From: Burkholderiales bacterium
GTDB taxonomy: Bacteria > Pseudomonadota > Gammaproteobacteria > Burkholderiales > SG8-39
Direction of reading: 5' to 3'
NCBI GenBank assembly: GCA_022844545.1
Contig: JALHLN010000002.1
Location: 1 to 40,356, forward strand
DNA length: 40,356 nt
Under the pieces are notes generated by a model that worked only from the letters and a program-made list of their open reading frames with translations, had not been told where the DNA came from and ran no database searches. The position numbers were made by a program, and so were the translations under genes. Shown one piece after another: positions 10,335 through 19,074 of the stretch (within the stretch, counting starts at the first letter, position 1; every line of letters begins with the position of its first letter).

Positions 10335-11552
10335 ATGCTACGTGCATTGCTGCTCATCGCGGCGCTCGCCGCCGCGCCTGTCGTCCATGCCCAAGGCACG
10401 ATCAAGATCGCGGTCCTCGGGCCGATGGCCTTCGTGCAGGGCCAGCACCACTGGATGGGCGCCGAGATGGCGCGCGACGAGATCAACAAGGCGGGCGGCA
10501 TCGCGGTGGGCGGCCGCAAGATGATGCTCGAACTGGTGCGCGCCGACACCAACGAGATCCTCTCGGTGCCGGATGCCTCCAGCGCGGTCGAGCGCGTGAT
10601 CACGCGCGACAAGGTCGACTACATCGTCGGCGGCTTCCGCACCGAGGCGGTGCTGGCGATGCAGGAAGTCGCCATGGACCACAAGAAGCTGTTCCTCGGC
10701 GTCGGCGCGGCGCACGACGAGCTCGGCATGCGGGTCGAGCGCGACCACAACCGCTACAAGTACTGGTTCCGCGTCTCGCCGACCAAGGCGACCGACCTCG
10801 GCCGCACCATCTTCGGCGTGCTGGGCGCGGTGGCCGGCTCGATCCGCACCGAGCTCAAGGCCGAGACGCCCAAGGTCGCGATCGTCGCCGAGAAGGCGGT
10901 CTGGACCGAGGGCCTGGTCAAGGCGGCGCAGGCCAACCTGCCGAAGATGAAGATGGAAGTGGTCGGCCTGTGGCAGCCCTCGGCGGTCGCCACCGACGTC
11001 ACCGCCGAGCTCTCGGCGATCGAGCGCGCCGGCGCCGACATCGTGTTCACCTTCGTCTCCGGCCCGGTCGGCATCGCGCTTGGCCGGCAGATGGGCGAGC
11101 GCAACATGAAGGCGGTGGCCTTCGGCATCAATGTCGAGGCGCAGAAGGACGAGTTCTGGGGCGCCGCCGCCGGCAAGGCGAACTTCGTGTCGACGCTGGA
11201 CACCTACTCGGAGATCGAGATCACGCCCAAGACCATCGCCTGGGTGCGCGCCTTCCGCGACCGCTTCAAGGTTTCGCCGGCCTACACCGCCGCCACGTAC
11301 GACGCGATCATGCTGATCAGGACCGCGATCGAGCAGGCAAAATCGACCAAGTCCGACGACCTGGTCCCGGTGCTGGAGAAGATCTCGTACGTCGGCAACG
11401 GCGCGGTGATCGAGTTCGACAAGCGCCACGACCCGATCTGGGGCCCGGGCAAGGCAATGGGCATCGGCGTGCAGTGGCAGGACGGCAAGAAGGTCGCCTT
11501 CTGGCCGCCGCAGGTGAAGGGCGTACAGCCGTTCCGGCTGCCGTCCCGGTAG
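10335..11552 (+). CDS. ABC transporter substrate-binding protein, Leu/Ile/Val-binding (type 1 PBP) family
   Basis: In-frame part of track ORF 9954..11552. Signal peptide MLRALLLIAALAAAPVVHA-QG, then TIKIAVLGPMAFVQGQHHWMGAEMARDEINKAGGI... with family-typical layout. Followed by LivH/LivM-like permease genes. Confidence 0.85.
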   Translation: MLRALLLIAALAAAPVVHAQGTIKIAVLGPMAFVQGQHHWMGAEMARDEINKAGGIAVGGRKMMLELVRADTNEILSVPDASSAVERVITRDKVDYIVGGFRTEAVLAMQEVAMDHKKLFLGVGAAHDELGMRVERDHNRYKYWFRVSPTKATDLGRTIFGVLGAVAGSIRTELKAETPKVAIVAEKAVWTEGLVKAAQANLPKMKMEVVGLWQPSAVATDVTAELSAIERAGADIVFTFVSGPVGIALGRQMGERNMKAVAFGINVEAQKDEFWGAAAGKANFVSTLDTYSEIEITPKTIAWVRAFRDRFKVSPAYTAATYDAIMLIRTAIEQAKSTKSDDLVPVLEKISYVGNGAVIEFDKRHDPIWGPGKAMGIGVQWQDGKKVAFWPPQVKGVQPFRLPSR

Positions 11553-11572
11553 CCGGCGGGGAAGCCACGGGC

Positions 11573-11604
11573 GCCGCGCGGTTCGCCCCGCGCGGCCTTT
11601 TTTT
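11573..11604 (+). terminator. Intrinsic terminator / intra-operon attenuator after the binding-protein gene
   Basis: GCCGCGCGG-TTCGCC-CCGCGCGGC: perfect 9-bp GC stem (11573-11596), then C and a T7 run (11598-11604). The permease ATG follows 3 nt later. Confidence 0.7.
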
Positions 11605-11607
11605 GCC

Positions 11608-12477
11608 ATGATCCAGGACATCCTCGTCAGCGGCCTGATCAGCAGCAGCGTGTACGCGCTGCTGGCGATCGGCTTTTCGCTCATCTTCGGCGTCGCGCGC
11701 ATCGTCAACATCGCCCACACCGCGTTCTACATGCTTGGCGCATACCTGTTCTACAGCCTGCTGGTGCAGCTTGGGATCAATTTCGCCATCGCCGGGCTGC
11801 TCGCGGTGGCTGGCGTAACCGCGCTCTCGCTCGCCTGCTACAAGCTGATCATCGAGCCGCTGCGCGAGCATGAGTCCGCGGTGCTGATCTCCACCATCGC
11901 GCTGGCGATCCTGTTCCAGGAACTGATGCTGCTGTTCTACGGCGGGCACTACCTGGGCATTCCCTCGACCATGGACGGCGCGGTCAGCATCGCCGGGGTC
12001 AGCATCGCCTACCAGCGCTTTGTCATCCTCGTGGTGGCCTTCGTCATGCTCGCGGCCACCTGGTACCTGCTCAACCACACGCGCCTGGGCCTGGCGATCC
12101 GCGCCACAGCGAACGACCTCGAGGTCGCCAACCTTATGGGCATGAACGTGCATCACGTAGCGCTCGCCACGGTGGCCTTCTCGGCGGCGCTGGCGGCGAT
12201 CGCCGGCGTGGTGGTGGCGCCGGTGTTCGTGGTCGACCCGTACATGTGGCTGGGCCCCCTGGTGACCATGCTGGCTATCGTCGTGCTGGGCGGCCTGGGC
12301 AGCGTCAAGGGCAGCGTGATCGGCGCCTTCATCATCGGCTTCGTCGAGGCGATCACCGTGTTCGCGGTACCCTCGGGCGCCTTCCTCAAGGGCGCGGTGG
12401 CGCTGTCGATCATGGTCGCGGTGCTGCTGCTGCGGCCCCAGGGCCTGTACGGCGTGGTGTTCGAGGAGGAGCGTTGA
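11608..12477 (+). CDS. Branched-chain amino acid-type ABC transporter permease (LivH-like)
   Basis: 289 aa, polytopic: MIQDILVSGLISSSVYALLAIGFSLIFGVARIVNIAHTAF.... Typical LivH N-terminus and length. Confidence 0.88.
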   Translation: MIQDILVSGLISSSVYALLAIGFSLIFGVARIVNIAHTAFYMLGAYLFYSLLVQLGINFAIAGLLAVAGVTALSLACYKLIIEPLREHESAVLISTIALAILFQELMLLFYGGHYLGIPSTMDGAVSIAGVSIAYQRFVILVVAFVMLAATWYLLNHTRLGLAIRATANDLEVANLMGMNVHHVALATVAFSAALAAIAGVVVAPVFVVDPYMWLGPLVTMLAIVVLGGLGSVKGSVIGAFIIGFVEAITVFAVPSGAFLKGAVALSIMVAVLLLRPQGLYGVVFEEER

Positions 12478-13553
12478 TGTACCGCCTGAGGCGCCTGTGG
12501 GTGCAATTGCGCACCGAGGTGCTGGTGCTGCCCTCGCGCGCGCTGGTGCTCGCCTGGGCGCTGGTGCTGCTCGCGCTGCCGCTCGCCTACACCGACGCCT
12601 ACGTGCTGCGCATCCTCACGCTGATGTGCCTGTTCGCCATCTTCGCGGCGAGTTGGGACCTGCTCGCCGGCTACTCCGGGCAGGTGAACTTCGGCCATGC
12701 GCTTTTCTTCGGCGCCGGCGCCTACGCCTCGGCGCTGCTCACGCTCAAGCTCGGCATGCCGCCCTGGCTGACGGTGTTCGCCGGCACCGCGGTGGCGGCG
12801 CTGCTCGGGGTCGCGGTCGGCGCGCTGTGCCTGCGCCTGCGCGGCTCGTACCTGTCGCTCGCGACGCTGGCGTTCCCGCTGATCGCGATCGGGCTGCTGT
12901 TCGCGTTCCCCGATTTCTCCGGCGGCGAGCTGGGCTTCTCCGGCCTGCCGCGGCTCATCAACGGCGTGGTGCCGAACTACTACCTCGCGGTGGTGACCAT
13001 GCTGGTGCTGGTGTTCAGCCTCTGGCTGCTCGCCGACTCGAAGTTCGGCCTGGTGCTGCACGCGATCCGCGACGACGAGGTCGCGGCGCGCGCCTCCGGC
13101 ATCAACACGCCGCGCTACAAGGTGATGGTATTCGCCATCGCCGCGGCGTGCGCCGGGCTGGCCGGCGGCCTGCTCGCCCACTACATGCGCGTCACCGGCC
13201 CGTTCACGCTGGAGACGGCGCTGTCGTTCCAGGTGGTGATCTGGGGCATCTTCGGCGGCGTGGCGACGATCTACGGCCCGGTGGTGGCGGTGTTCATCCT
13301 CTACCCGGTCACCGAGTGGTTCGGCGGCTTCCAGGCCTTCGGCGAGCGGCGCCTGCTCCTGTTCGGCGTCATCGTGCTGCTGGTGCTGCTCTACATGCCG
13401 CGCGGATTGGCGCCGTGGGTGCGCGACCGAATCGAGACGCTCTGCCCGCGCTGCAAGCAACGGAGCGCGGCATGGAAGTCGCACTGCCGGCACTGCTCGG
13501 CGGCGCTTGCGCCGACCGACCGCCCGCGCGCCTCCGGGCCCGGCCAGGCCTGA
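12477..13553 (+). CDS. Branched-chain amino acid-type ABC transporter permease (LivM-like) with C-terminal CxxC...CxxC tail
   Basis: In-frame part of track ORF 12246..13553. The ATG overlaps the livH-like stop (TGATG). LFAIFAASWDLLAGYSGQVNFGHALFFGAGAYASALL is the LivM signature region. The tail is ...IETLCPRCKQRSAAWKSHCRHCSAAL. Confidence 0.88.
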   Translation: MYRLRRLWVQLRTEVLVLPSRALVLAWALVLLALPLAYTDAYVLRILTLMCLFAIFAASWDLLAGYSGQVNFGHALFFGAGAYASALLTLKLGMPPWLTVFAGTAVAALLGVAVGALCLRLRGSYLSLATLAFPLIAIGLLFAFPDFSGGELGFSGLPRLINGVVPNYYLAVVTMLVLVFSLWLLADSKFGLVLHAIRDDEVAARASGINTPRYKVMVFAIAAACAGLAGGLLAHYMRVTGPFTLETALSFQVVIWGIFGGVATIYGPVVAVFILYPVTEWFGGFQAFGERRLLLFGVIVLLVLLYMPRGLAPWVRDRIETLCPRCKQRSAAWKSHCRHCSAALAPTDRPRASGPGQA

Positions 13554-13554
13554 T

Positions 13555-14293
<739 letters not shown>

Positions 14294-14307
<14 letters not shown>

Positions 14308-15088
14308 GCGCGCTCCCCTGGCCGGCGTAGCCGCCGCTGCCCAGGTAGGCCTCGATCACCTTCGGGTCGCGGATCACCTCGGCCGGCGGCCCGTCGGCGA
14401 TCTTCTCGCCGTGGTCGAGCACGATGACGCGGTCGACGATCGACATCAGCTCCTTCAGCTTGTGCTCGATCATAAGCACCGCCGGGCCCTCCGAGTGCAG
14501 CCGGCCGAAGCGCCCTCCCTTGTGGATCGCGCGGATCGACTTCACCAGCAGACCGGAATCGACCGGTCCGATGCCCCCCAGCGGCTCGTCAAGCAGCAGC
14601 AATTCCGGCTCGGCGGCGATCGCCCGCGCCACCTCGAGGCGCTTGAGCTCGCCCTGCGACAGCCCGGAGGCCGATTCCAGCGCCAGCTCCGAGATGCCGA
14701 CGAACTCCAGCGCGTCCATCGCCTTCGCCTCGATTTTCTTCACCCATTCGCCGCGGCTCTTCGCCCGCGGGGCGAGCAGCGGCACCATCACGTTGGCGAT
14801 CACCGGCAGGTGGCGGAACGGCCGCATCATCTGGAAGGTGCCGGCGATGCCGCGGTTGGCGACGTCCCATGGCTTGAGCTTCGTGATGTCCTCGCCGTTG
14901 AATATGATGCTGCCGGCGTCAGGCTTGAGGATGCCGGTGATCAGGCGCAGCAGCGTGGTCTTGCCCGAGCCGTTCGGGCCGATCAGGCCGGTGACCTGGT
15001 CTCGGCGCAGCTCGAAGCTGATGTCGTTGACCGCGGTCAGGCCACCGAAGCGCTTGGTGAGGTGTTCAACGCGGAAAAAGGGCGTCAT
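14294..15088 (-). CDS. ABC transporter ATP-binding protein (LivG-like)
   Basis: 264 aa. FRVEHLTKRFGGLTAVNDISF, Walker A GPNGSGKTT, signature LSQGELKRLEVARAI, Walker B LLLLDEP. Overlaps the LivF-like gene by 14 nt. Confidence 0.9.
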
Positions 15089-15106
15089 GGGGTCTCCGGC
15101 GCGCGC

Positions 15107-16774
15107 CTAGGCGCGCTCCTCGCGCAATTCGCGTCGCGACACCTTGCCGACGTCGGTCTTGGGCAGCTCGCCGCGGAACTCCACGATCTGCGGCACCTTG
15201 TAGGCTGCCAGCTGTTCGCGGCAGTACGCCTTGATCTCGTCCTCGGTGACCTTGCCGCGCGCGTCGGTCTGCAGCACCACGATCGCCTTGATGTTCTGGC
15301 CCACCGTGGGGTCCGGCACGCCGATCACGCCAGCAGCCTTGACGTGCGGGTGCGCGTAGAGAACGTCCTCGACGTCCTTGGCGAACACCGACAGGCCCTT
15401 GTGCTTTATCAGGTCCTTGGAGCGGTCGTAGAAGTGGAAGTAGCCTTCCTCGTCCATGCGCACGAGGTCTCCGGTGCGCATCCAGCGCACGCCGCCAGCG
15501 TCGTGGAACACCTTCGCCGTCTCCTCGGGCTTGCCCCAGTAGCCCTGCATCACGTTCGGGCCGGCCAGGAGCAGCTCGCCGGTCTCCCCCGGCGGCACGA
15601 AGGCGTTGTTCTCCGCACCGTACACCGCCGCCTGCATGTTCGGCAGCGGGCAGCCAAAGGAGCCGGGCTTTGTCCGGTGCAGCGGATTCACATGGCTGGT
15701 GGCTCCGGTTTCCGACAGCGCGTAGCCCTCGATGATGTTCGAGCCGGTGCGCTTCGCCCAGCCCTGCATGGTCGATTCGTGCAGCGTGTCGGCCCCCGAG
15801 ACCACCACCTTCAGGCGCTTCCAGTCCACCTTGCCTGTGTCCTTGTGGTCCTTGAGGTATTCGTAGAGCGTGGGCACGCCATAGAACACGGTTGCCTGGT
15901 AACGCTCCATCGCCTCGAGAATCGCGTCGGTGTCCGGATTGGTGATCAGCACCAGCAGGTTGCCCTGGCACAGGCCGTTCAGCATGATCACCGCCTGGCC
16001 GTAGATGTGGAAGAACGGCAGGAATGCGATCACGACTTCGCGCCCGGGCTCGAACCCCGGGAAGGCGGCCTGCGCGCTGGCCTGCGCGGCGAGCAGGTTG
16101 TAGTGCGTCAGCATGACGCCCTTGGGGTTGCCGGTGGTGCCGCCGGTGTAGGGCAGCGCGGCGAGGTCCGTTTTCGGGTCGATGGCGACGCCGGGCGCCT
16201 GCGGCGGGTACTTGGCGAGCAGGTCCTGCAGCCAGTGGACGCCGGGGGCGGCGGGAACGGCGACCGCCTTGCCGGCGAACATCCGCTTCAGCGCCGGCAG
16301 GTACTCGGCCACGCGCGTGACGATGGTGAAATCGAGCGCCACGCCCGCCTTCGCGACCTTCTCGTACAGCACGTCCTGGCAGATAACGGCGCGCGCGCCG
16401 CTGTCCTGCAACTGGTGGCGCACCTCATGACTGGTGTACACCGGACTGATCGTCGTCACCACGGCGCCGCACTTCAGCGCCGCGAAGTAGCCGATGATGA
16501 ACTGCGGGCTGTTGAGCAGGAACAGCGCGACGCGTTCTCCCTTCTTCAGCCCCAGCGCGGCAAGCGCGTTCGCGAGCCGGTCGGTCGCCTCGTGCAGTTC
16601 CCGGTAGCTGATCTCGCGGCCGTAGAACACCACCGCGCGCCGGCCGGGGGCGCGCGCGCAGGCCTCGTCGAACGCCTGCGGCACCGATCTGACCGGCACC
16701 TCGACGCTGGCCGGCACGCCCTTCTGGTAGTGCGCCAGCCAGGGCTTCGCAAGATACCGCGCAAGCGCGTCCAT
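15107..16774 (-). CDS. AMP-dependent acyl-CoA synthetase/ligase (long-chain-fatty-acid--CoA ligase family)
   Basis: AMP-binding motif LPYTGGTTGNPKGVMLTHYN, plus GYALSETG, WMRTGDLVRMDEEGYFHFYDRSKDLIK and a terminal KTDVGKVSRREL. ATG 16774 is preceded by GGGAGGAAGG. The track ORF starts 21 nt upstream. Confidence 0.88.
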   Translation of the reverse strand: MDALARYLAKPWLAHYQKGVPASVEVPVRSVPQAFDEACARAPGRRAVVFYGREISYRELHEATDRLANALAALGLKKGERVALFLLNSPQFIIGYFAALKCGAVVTTISPVYTSHEVRHQLQDSGARAVICQDVLYEKVAKAGVALDFTIVTRVAEYLPALKRMFAGKAVAVPAAPGVHWLQDLLAKYPPQAPGVAIDPKTDLAALPYTGGTTGNPKGVMLTHYNLLAAQASAQAAFPGFEPGREVVIAFLPFFHIYGQAVIMLNGLCQGNLLVLITNPDTDAILEAMERYQATVFYGVPTLYEYLKDHKDTGKVDWKRLKVVVSGADTLHESTMQGWAKRTGSNIIEGYALSETGATSHVNPLHRTKPGSFGCPLPNMQAAVYGAENNAFVPPGETGELLLAGPNVMQGYWGKPEETAKVFHDAGGVRWMRTGDLVRMDEEGYFHFYDRSKDLIKHKGLSVFAKDVEDVLYAHPHVKAAGVIGVPDPTVGQNIKAIVVLQTDARGKVTEDEIKAYCREQLAAYKVPQIVEFRGELPKTDVGKVSRRELREERA

Positions 16775-16833
16775 GGACCCTTCCTCCCGGCGCAATTCTA
16801 ACCATTGCGGCGGCCGTGCGCCCGCCGCGAACG

Positions 16834-17769
16834 CTATCCCTTCACCTTCCCCAGCAGCAGGAATTCCAGCAGCGCCTTCTGCGTATGCAGGCGGTTCTCC
16901 GCCTCGTCCCAGACCACGCTCTGCCTGCCGTCGATCACGGCCGCGGCGACTTCCTCGCCGCGGTGCGCCGGCAGGCAGTGCATGAACAGGGCGTCCTTGC
17001 GCGCGACCTTCATCATCGCGGCGTCCACCTGCCAGTCCTCGAAGTCCCTGCGGCGCTGCTTGTTCTCGGACTCGAAGCCCATGGAAGTCCAGACGTCGGT
17101 GGTGACCAGGTGCGCGCCCTTGGCCGCCTTCATCGGGTCGGCGAACTCCTCGTAGTGGTCGGTGCCGTAGAGCCCGGCGCGCTCGGGCTCGACCTCGTAG
17201 CCCGGCGGCGTGGAGACGTGGACGTTGAAGTCGAACACCTCGGCCGCCTGCAGCCAGGTGTTGCAGACGTTGTTCGAGTCGCCGATCCAGGCCACGGTCC
17301 TGCCCCGGATCGAGCCGCGATGCTCGATGAAGGTGTAGATGTCGGCCAGGATCTGGCAGGGGTGGTACTCGTTGGTGAGGCCGTTGATGACCGGGACGCG
17401 CGAGTTCGCCGCGAAGCGGTCGATGATGTCCTGTTCAAACGTGCGGATCATGACGATGTCGCACATGCGCGAGATCACCTGCGCCGCGTCCTCCGCCGGC
17501 TCGCCGCGGCCGAGCTGCGAGTCGCGCGTGCTGAGGAAGATCGCCGCGCCCCCGAGCTGGTGCATGCCGGCCTCGAAGGAGAGCCGGGTTCGCGTGCTCT
17601 GCTTCTCGAAGATCATCGCCAGCGTGCGGTCCTCGAGGGGCCAGTAGCGCTGGTAGCGCTTGTAGCGGTCCTTGATCCAGCGCGTGCGCGCGAACAGGTG
17701 CTCGTACTCCTTGCGCGAGAAGTCCTTGAAACGCAGGTAGTGCCGCGGGGCGGCGTGGGGCGCGGGCAT
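16834..17769 (-). CDS. argF: Ornithine carbamoyltransferase (anabolic)
   Basis: 311 aa. Motifs FEKQSTRTRLSFEAG, NGLTNEYHPCQILAD, TDVWTSMG (ornithine-binding DxxxSMG) and HCLPAHRGEEV. Confidence 0.92.
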   Translation of the reverse strand: MPAPHAAPRHYLRFKDFSRKEYEHLFARTRWIKDRYKRYQRYWPLEDRTLAMIFEKQSTRTRLSFEAGMHQLGGAAIFLSTRDSQLGRGEPAEDAAQVISRMCDIVMIRTFEQDIIDRFAANSRVPVINGLTNEYHPCQILADIYTFIEHRGSIRGRTVAWIGDSNNVCNTWLQAAEVFDFNVHVSTPPGYEVEPERAGLYGTDHYEEFADPMKAAKGAHLVTTDVWTSMGFESENKQRRRDFEDWQVDAAMMKVARKDALFMHCLPAHRGEEVAAAVIDGRQSVVWDEAENRLHTQKALLEFLLLGKVKG

Positions 17770-17779
17770 CGCGGGTCCT

Positions 17780-18988
17780 TCAGCGCGCGGCGGCGGTCAT
17801 CGCCTGGGACGTCGCGCTCCGCGAGAGGAAGTTCTTCACCAGCGGTGCCAGGCGCGCCACCACCTCGCGGCCCTCGTCCGCGGTCATGATGAGCGGCGGC
17901 AGCAGGCGCACGACGTTGTCGGCGGTGACGTTGAACACGATGCCGGCGTCCAGGCCCATCTTCACCAGCTCGCCGCAGGGGCGGTCGAGCTCGATGCCGA
18001 TCATCATGCCCATCCCACGAACCTCCACCACCCCGGGCAGGCCCTTGAGCGCGGCGCCCATGCCGTCCCGGATGGCGCCGCCGACGCGGGCCGCGTTCTC
18101 GAGCAGGCTCTCGTCCTTCATGGTGTCGATGGTGGTGATGACGCCGGTCATGGCGAGCGGGTTGCCGCCGAAGGTGGAGCCGTGGTTGCCCGGCTTGAAT
18201 ACGCCCTTGGCGCGGCCGCCGATCACGCAGGCGCCCACCGGCACGCCGCCGGCGAGGCCCTTGGCGAGCGGCACCACGTCCGGCATGAGGCCGGCGTGCT
18301 GGTAGACGAACCACTTGCCGGTCCGTCCGAGGCCGCACTGCACCTCGTCGGACATGAACAGCCACTGGTTCTGGTCGCAGATGTCCTTGAGCCCCTTCAG
18401 GTACTCCAGGCGCGAGACGTTGATGCCGCCCTCGCCCTGGATCGGCTCGACGAACACCGCGACCACGTTCTTGTTGTTCGCCGCCACCTGGCGCACCGCG
18501 TCCAGGTCGTTGAGGGGCACGCGCACGAAGCCCTGCACCAGCGGCTCGAAACCGGCCTGCACCTTGCGGCTGCCGCCGGCCGAGAGCGTGGCGAGCGACC
18601 GGCCGTGGAAGGCCTTCTCCATGACGATGATCGCCGGCTCGTGGATGCCGCGGTCGTGGCCGTACTTGCGCGCCACCTTGATCGCGGCCTCGTTGGCCTC
18701 AAGCCCGGAATTGCAGAAGAACACCTCGTCCAGGCCGGTGATCTCAGCGATGCGGTCGGCGGCCTGCTCCTGAAGCGGGTTCTGGAACAGGTTCGAGGTG
18801 TGGATGATGCGGCGGATCTGCTCGGAGAGCGCCGCGACCAGGCGCGGGTGGCCGTGGCCAAGCGTATTGACCGCGATGCCGGCGAGGGCGTCGAGGTACC
18901 TCTTCCCCGCCTCGTCGTAGAGCCAGGCGCCCTGGCCGCGCACGAACGCGACCGGCTGGCGGGCGTAGGTGTTCATGACGTGGCTCAT
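17780..18988 (-). CDS. argD: Acetylornithine aminotransferase (class III PLP aminotransferase)
   Basis: MSHVMNTYARQPVAFVRGQGAWLYD..., NSGLEANEAAIKVARKY, DEVQCGLGRTGKWF and LAKGLAGGVP. ATG 18988 is preceded by AGGAG. The track ORF starts 33 nt upstream. Confidence 0.9.
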   Translation of the reverse strand: MSHVMNTYARQPVAFVRGQGAWLYDEAGKRYLDALAGIAVNTLGHGHPRLVAALSEQIRRIIHTSNLFQNPLQEQAADRIAEITGLDEVFFCNSGLEANEAAIKVARKYGHDRGIHEPAIIVMEKAFHGRSLATLSAGGSRKVQAGFEPLVQGFVRVPLNDLDAVRQVAANNKNVVAVFVEPIQGEGGINVSRLEYLKGLKDICDQNQWLFMSDEVQCGLGRTGKWFVYQHAGLMPDVVPLAKGLAGGVPVGACVIGGRAKGVFKPGNHGSTFGGNPLAMTGVITTIDTMKDESLLENAARVGGAIRDGMGAALKGLPGVVEVRGMGMMIGIELDRPCGELVKMGLDAGIVFNVTADNVVRLLPPLIMTADEGREVVARLAPLVKNFLSRSATSQAMTAAAR

Positions 18989-19019
18989 GGTCGGGCTCCT
19001 GGTTCGGGCGTACCAATGC

Positions 19020-19045
19020 AAAACGGCGGCCCATGCCGCCGTTTT
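19020..19045 (-). terminator. Bidirectional intrinsic terminator hairpin between the decarboxylase gene and argD
   Basis: AAAACGGCGGC-CCAT-GCCGCCGTTTT: a perfect 11-bp stem including the A/T arms, with a 4-nt loop. On the minus strand the stem is followed by TTTTG. Confidence 0.8.
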
Positions 19046-19074
19046 CTGGATGCTATCAGAGGGTCAGGGCCTTG

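Noticed and set aside
10338-13493. Minus-strand ORFs 10338..11720 (460 aa) and 12153..13493 (446 aa)
   Set aside because: They are antisense to the binding-protein and permease genes. Their composition is extremely Arg/Asp/Gly/His-rich and no motifs are present.
16807-16828. GC-only hairpin (GCGGCGG-N8-CCGCCGC) between argF and the CoA ligase gene
   Set aside because: No U-tract follows it on the transcribed (minus) strand, so I cannot support calling it an intrinsic terminator. It may simply be GC-rich spacer.
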